64,000 nt of DNA. Origin: a virus (lineage: Duplodnaviria > Caudoviricetes). The DNA lies in the IMG/VR virus record IMGVR_UViG_3300024255_001563, positions 136,844 to 200,843 of that record; one strand, written 5' to 3'. Numbering within the stretch: position 1 is the stretch's first letter; every line of letters begins with the position of its first letter. Both the position numbers and the translations under genes were made by a program. Under the pieces are notes generated by a model. It worked only from the letters and a program-made list of their open reading frames with translations, did no database searches and was not told the DNA's origin. Positions 63,907-64,000 of the stretch are shown here, one piece after another.

Positions 63907-63999
63907 TTAATCTTCTCCTGTCACTAAGTCTCGCCAGTATTGCATAGTACCTCTGTGTGTTGCTGTAGGACTACCATCTTTTACTTCAGGTTCTGCGTT
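63907..63999 (-). CDS. 3' end of an ORF that starts beyond the window
   Basis: Open frame NAEPEVKDGSPTATHRGTMQYWRDLVTGED, then a stop just before the next ATG. Confidence 0.45.
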   Translation of the reverse strand, partial: NAEPEVKDGSPTATHRGTMQYWRDLVTGED

Positions 64000-64000
64000 A

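Noticed and set aside
1-64000. Giant eukaryotic virus (NCLDV) or bacterial chromosome as the source
   Set aside because: Sigma70 promoters, SD sequences, overlap-coupled operons and T4-like polB, clamp and RNase H point to a bacteriophage; there are no ribosomal or housekeeping operons and no NCLDV hallmark genes.

Overview
This window is a 64-kb segment of a large, AT-rich, lytic tailed dsDNA phage genome (jumbo or T4-like). Genes are densely packed in standard code 11, and I found no tRNA, rRNA, CRISPR array or integrase. It has three blocks. (1) Positions 1-1926 and 39447-40853 encode virion fibre-like structural genes. (2) Between them, about 2.0-39.4 kb, is an enzyme island the size of a biosynthetic gene cluster. 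It holds 13 radical SAM enzymes, 9 Fe(II)/2-oxoglutarate or cupin-type oxygenase domains, at least 4 GT-A-like glycosyltransferases, a methyltransferase, an SGNH protein, a QueC-like PP-loop ATPase, a PLP enzyme, two pseudokinase domains, GNAT-like proteins, a desaturase, a nitroreductase-like protein and an SDR. (3) From 41 to 64 kb is a minus-strand replication and DNA-modification arm. It encodes a family B DNA polymerase, sliding clamp, RNase H-like 5'-3' exonuclease, MoxR ATPase plus VWA partner, and an Smr protein. It also carries a 7-deazaguanine module (FolE, QueD-like, QueE, TGT/DpdA-like) interleaved with a GT-B glycosyltransferase, a phosphoribosyltransferase, a PD-(D/E)xK nuclease-like gene and nucleotide-sugar genes. 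Seven near-consensus sigma70 promoters, several TAAATA late-promoter-like motifs and three candidate structured RNA elements are visible. The two best candidates for an undescribed system are the radical SAM/oxygenase/glycosyltransferase island and a possibly glycosylated 7-deazaguanine DNA modification pathway. All functional calls come from motif recognition by eye; no database searches were run.
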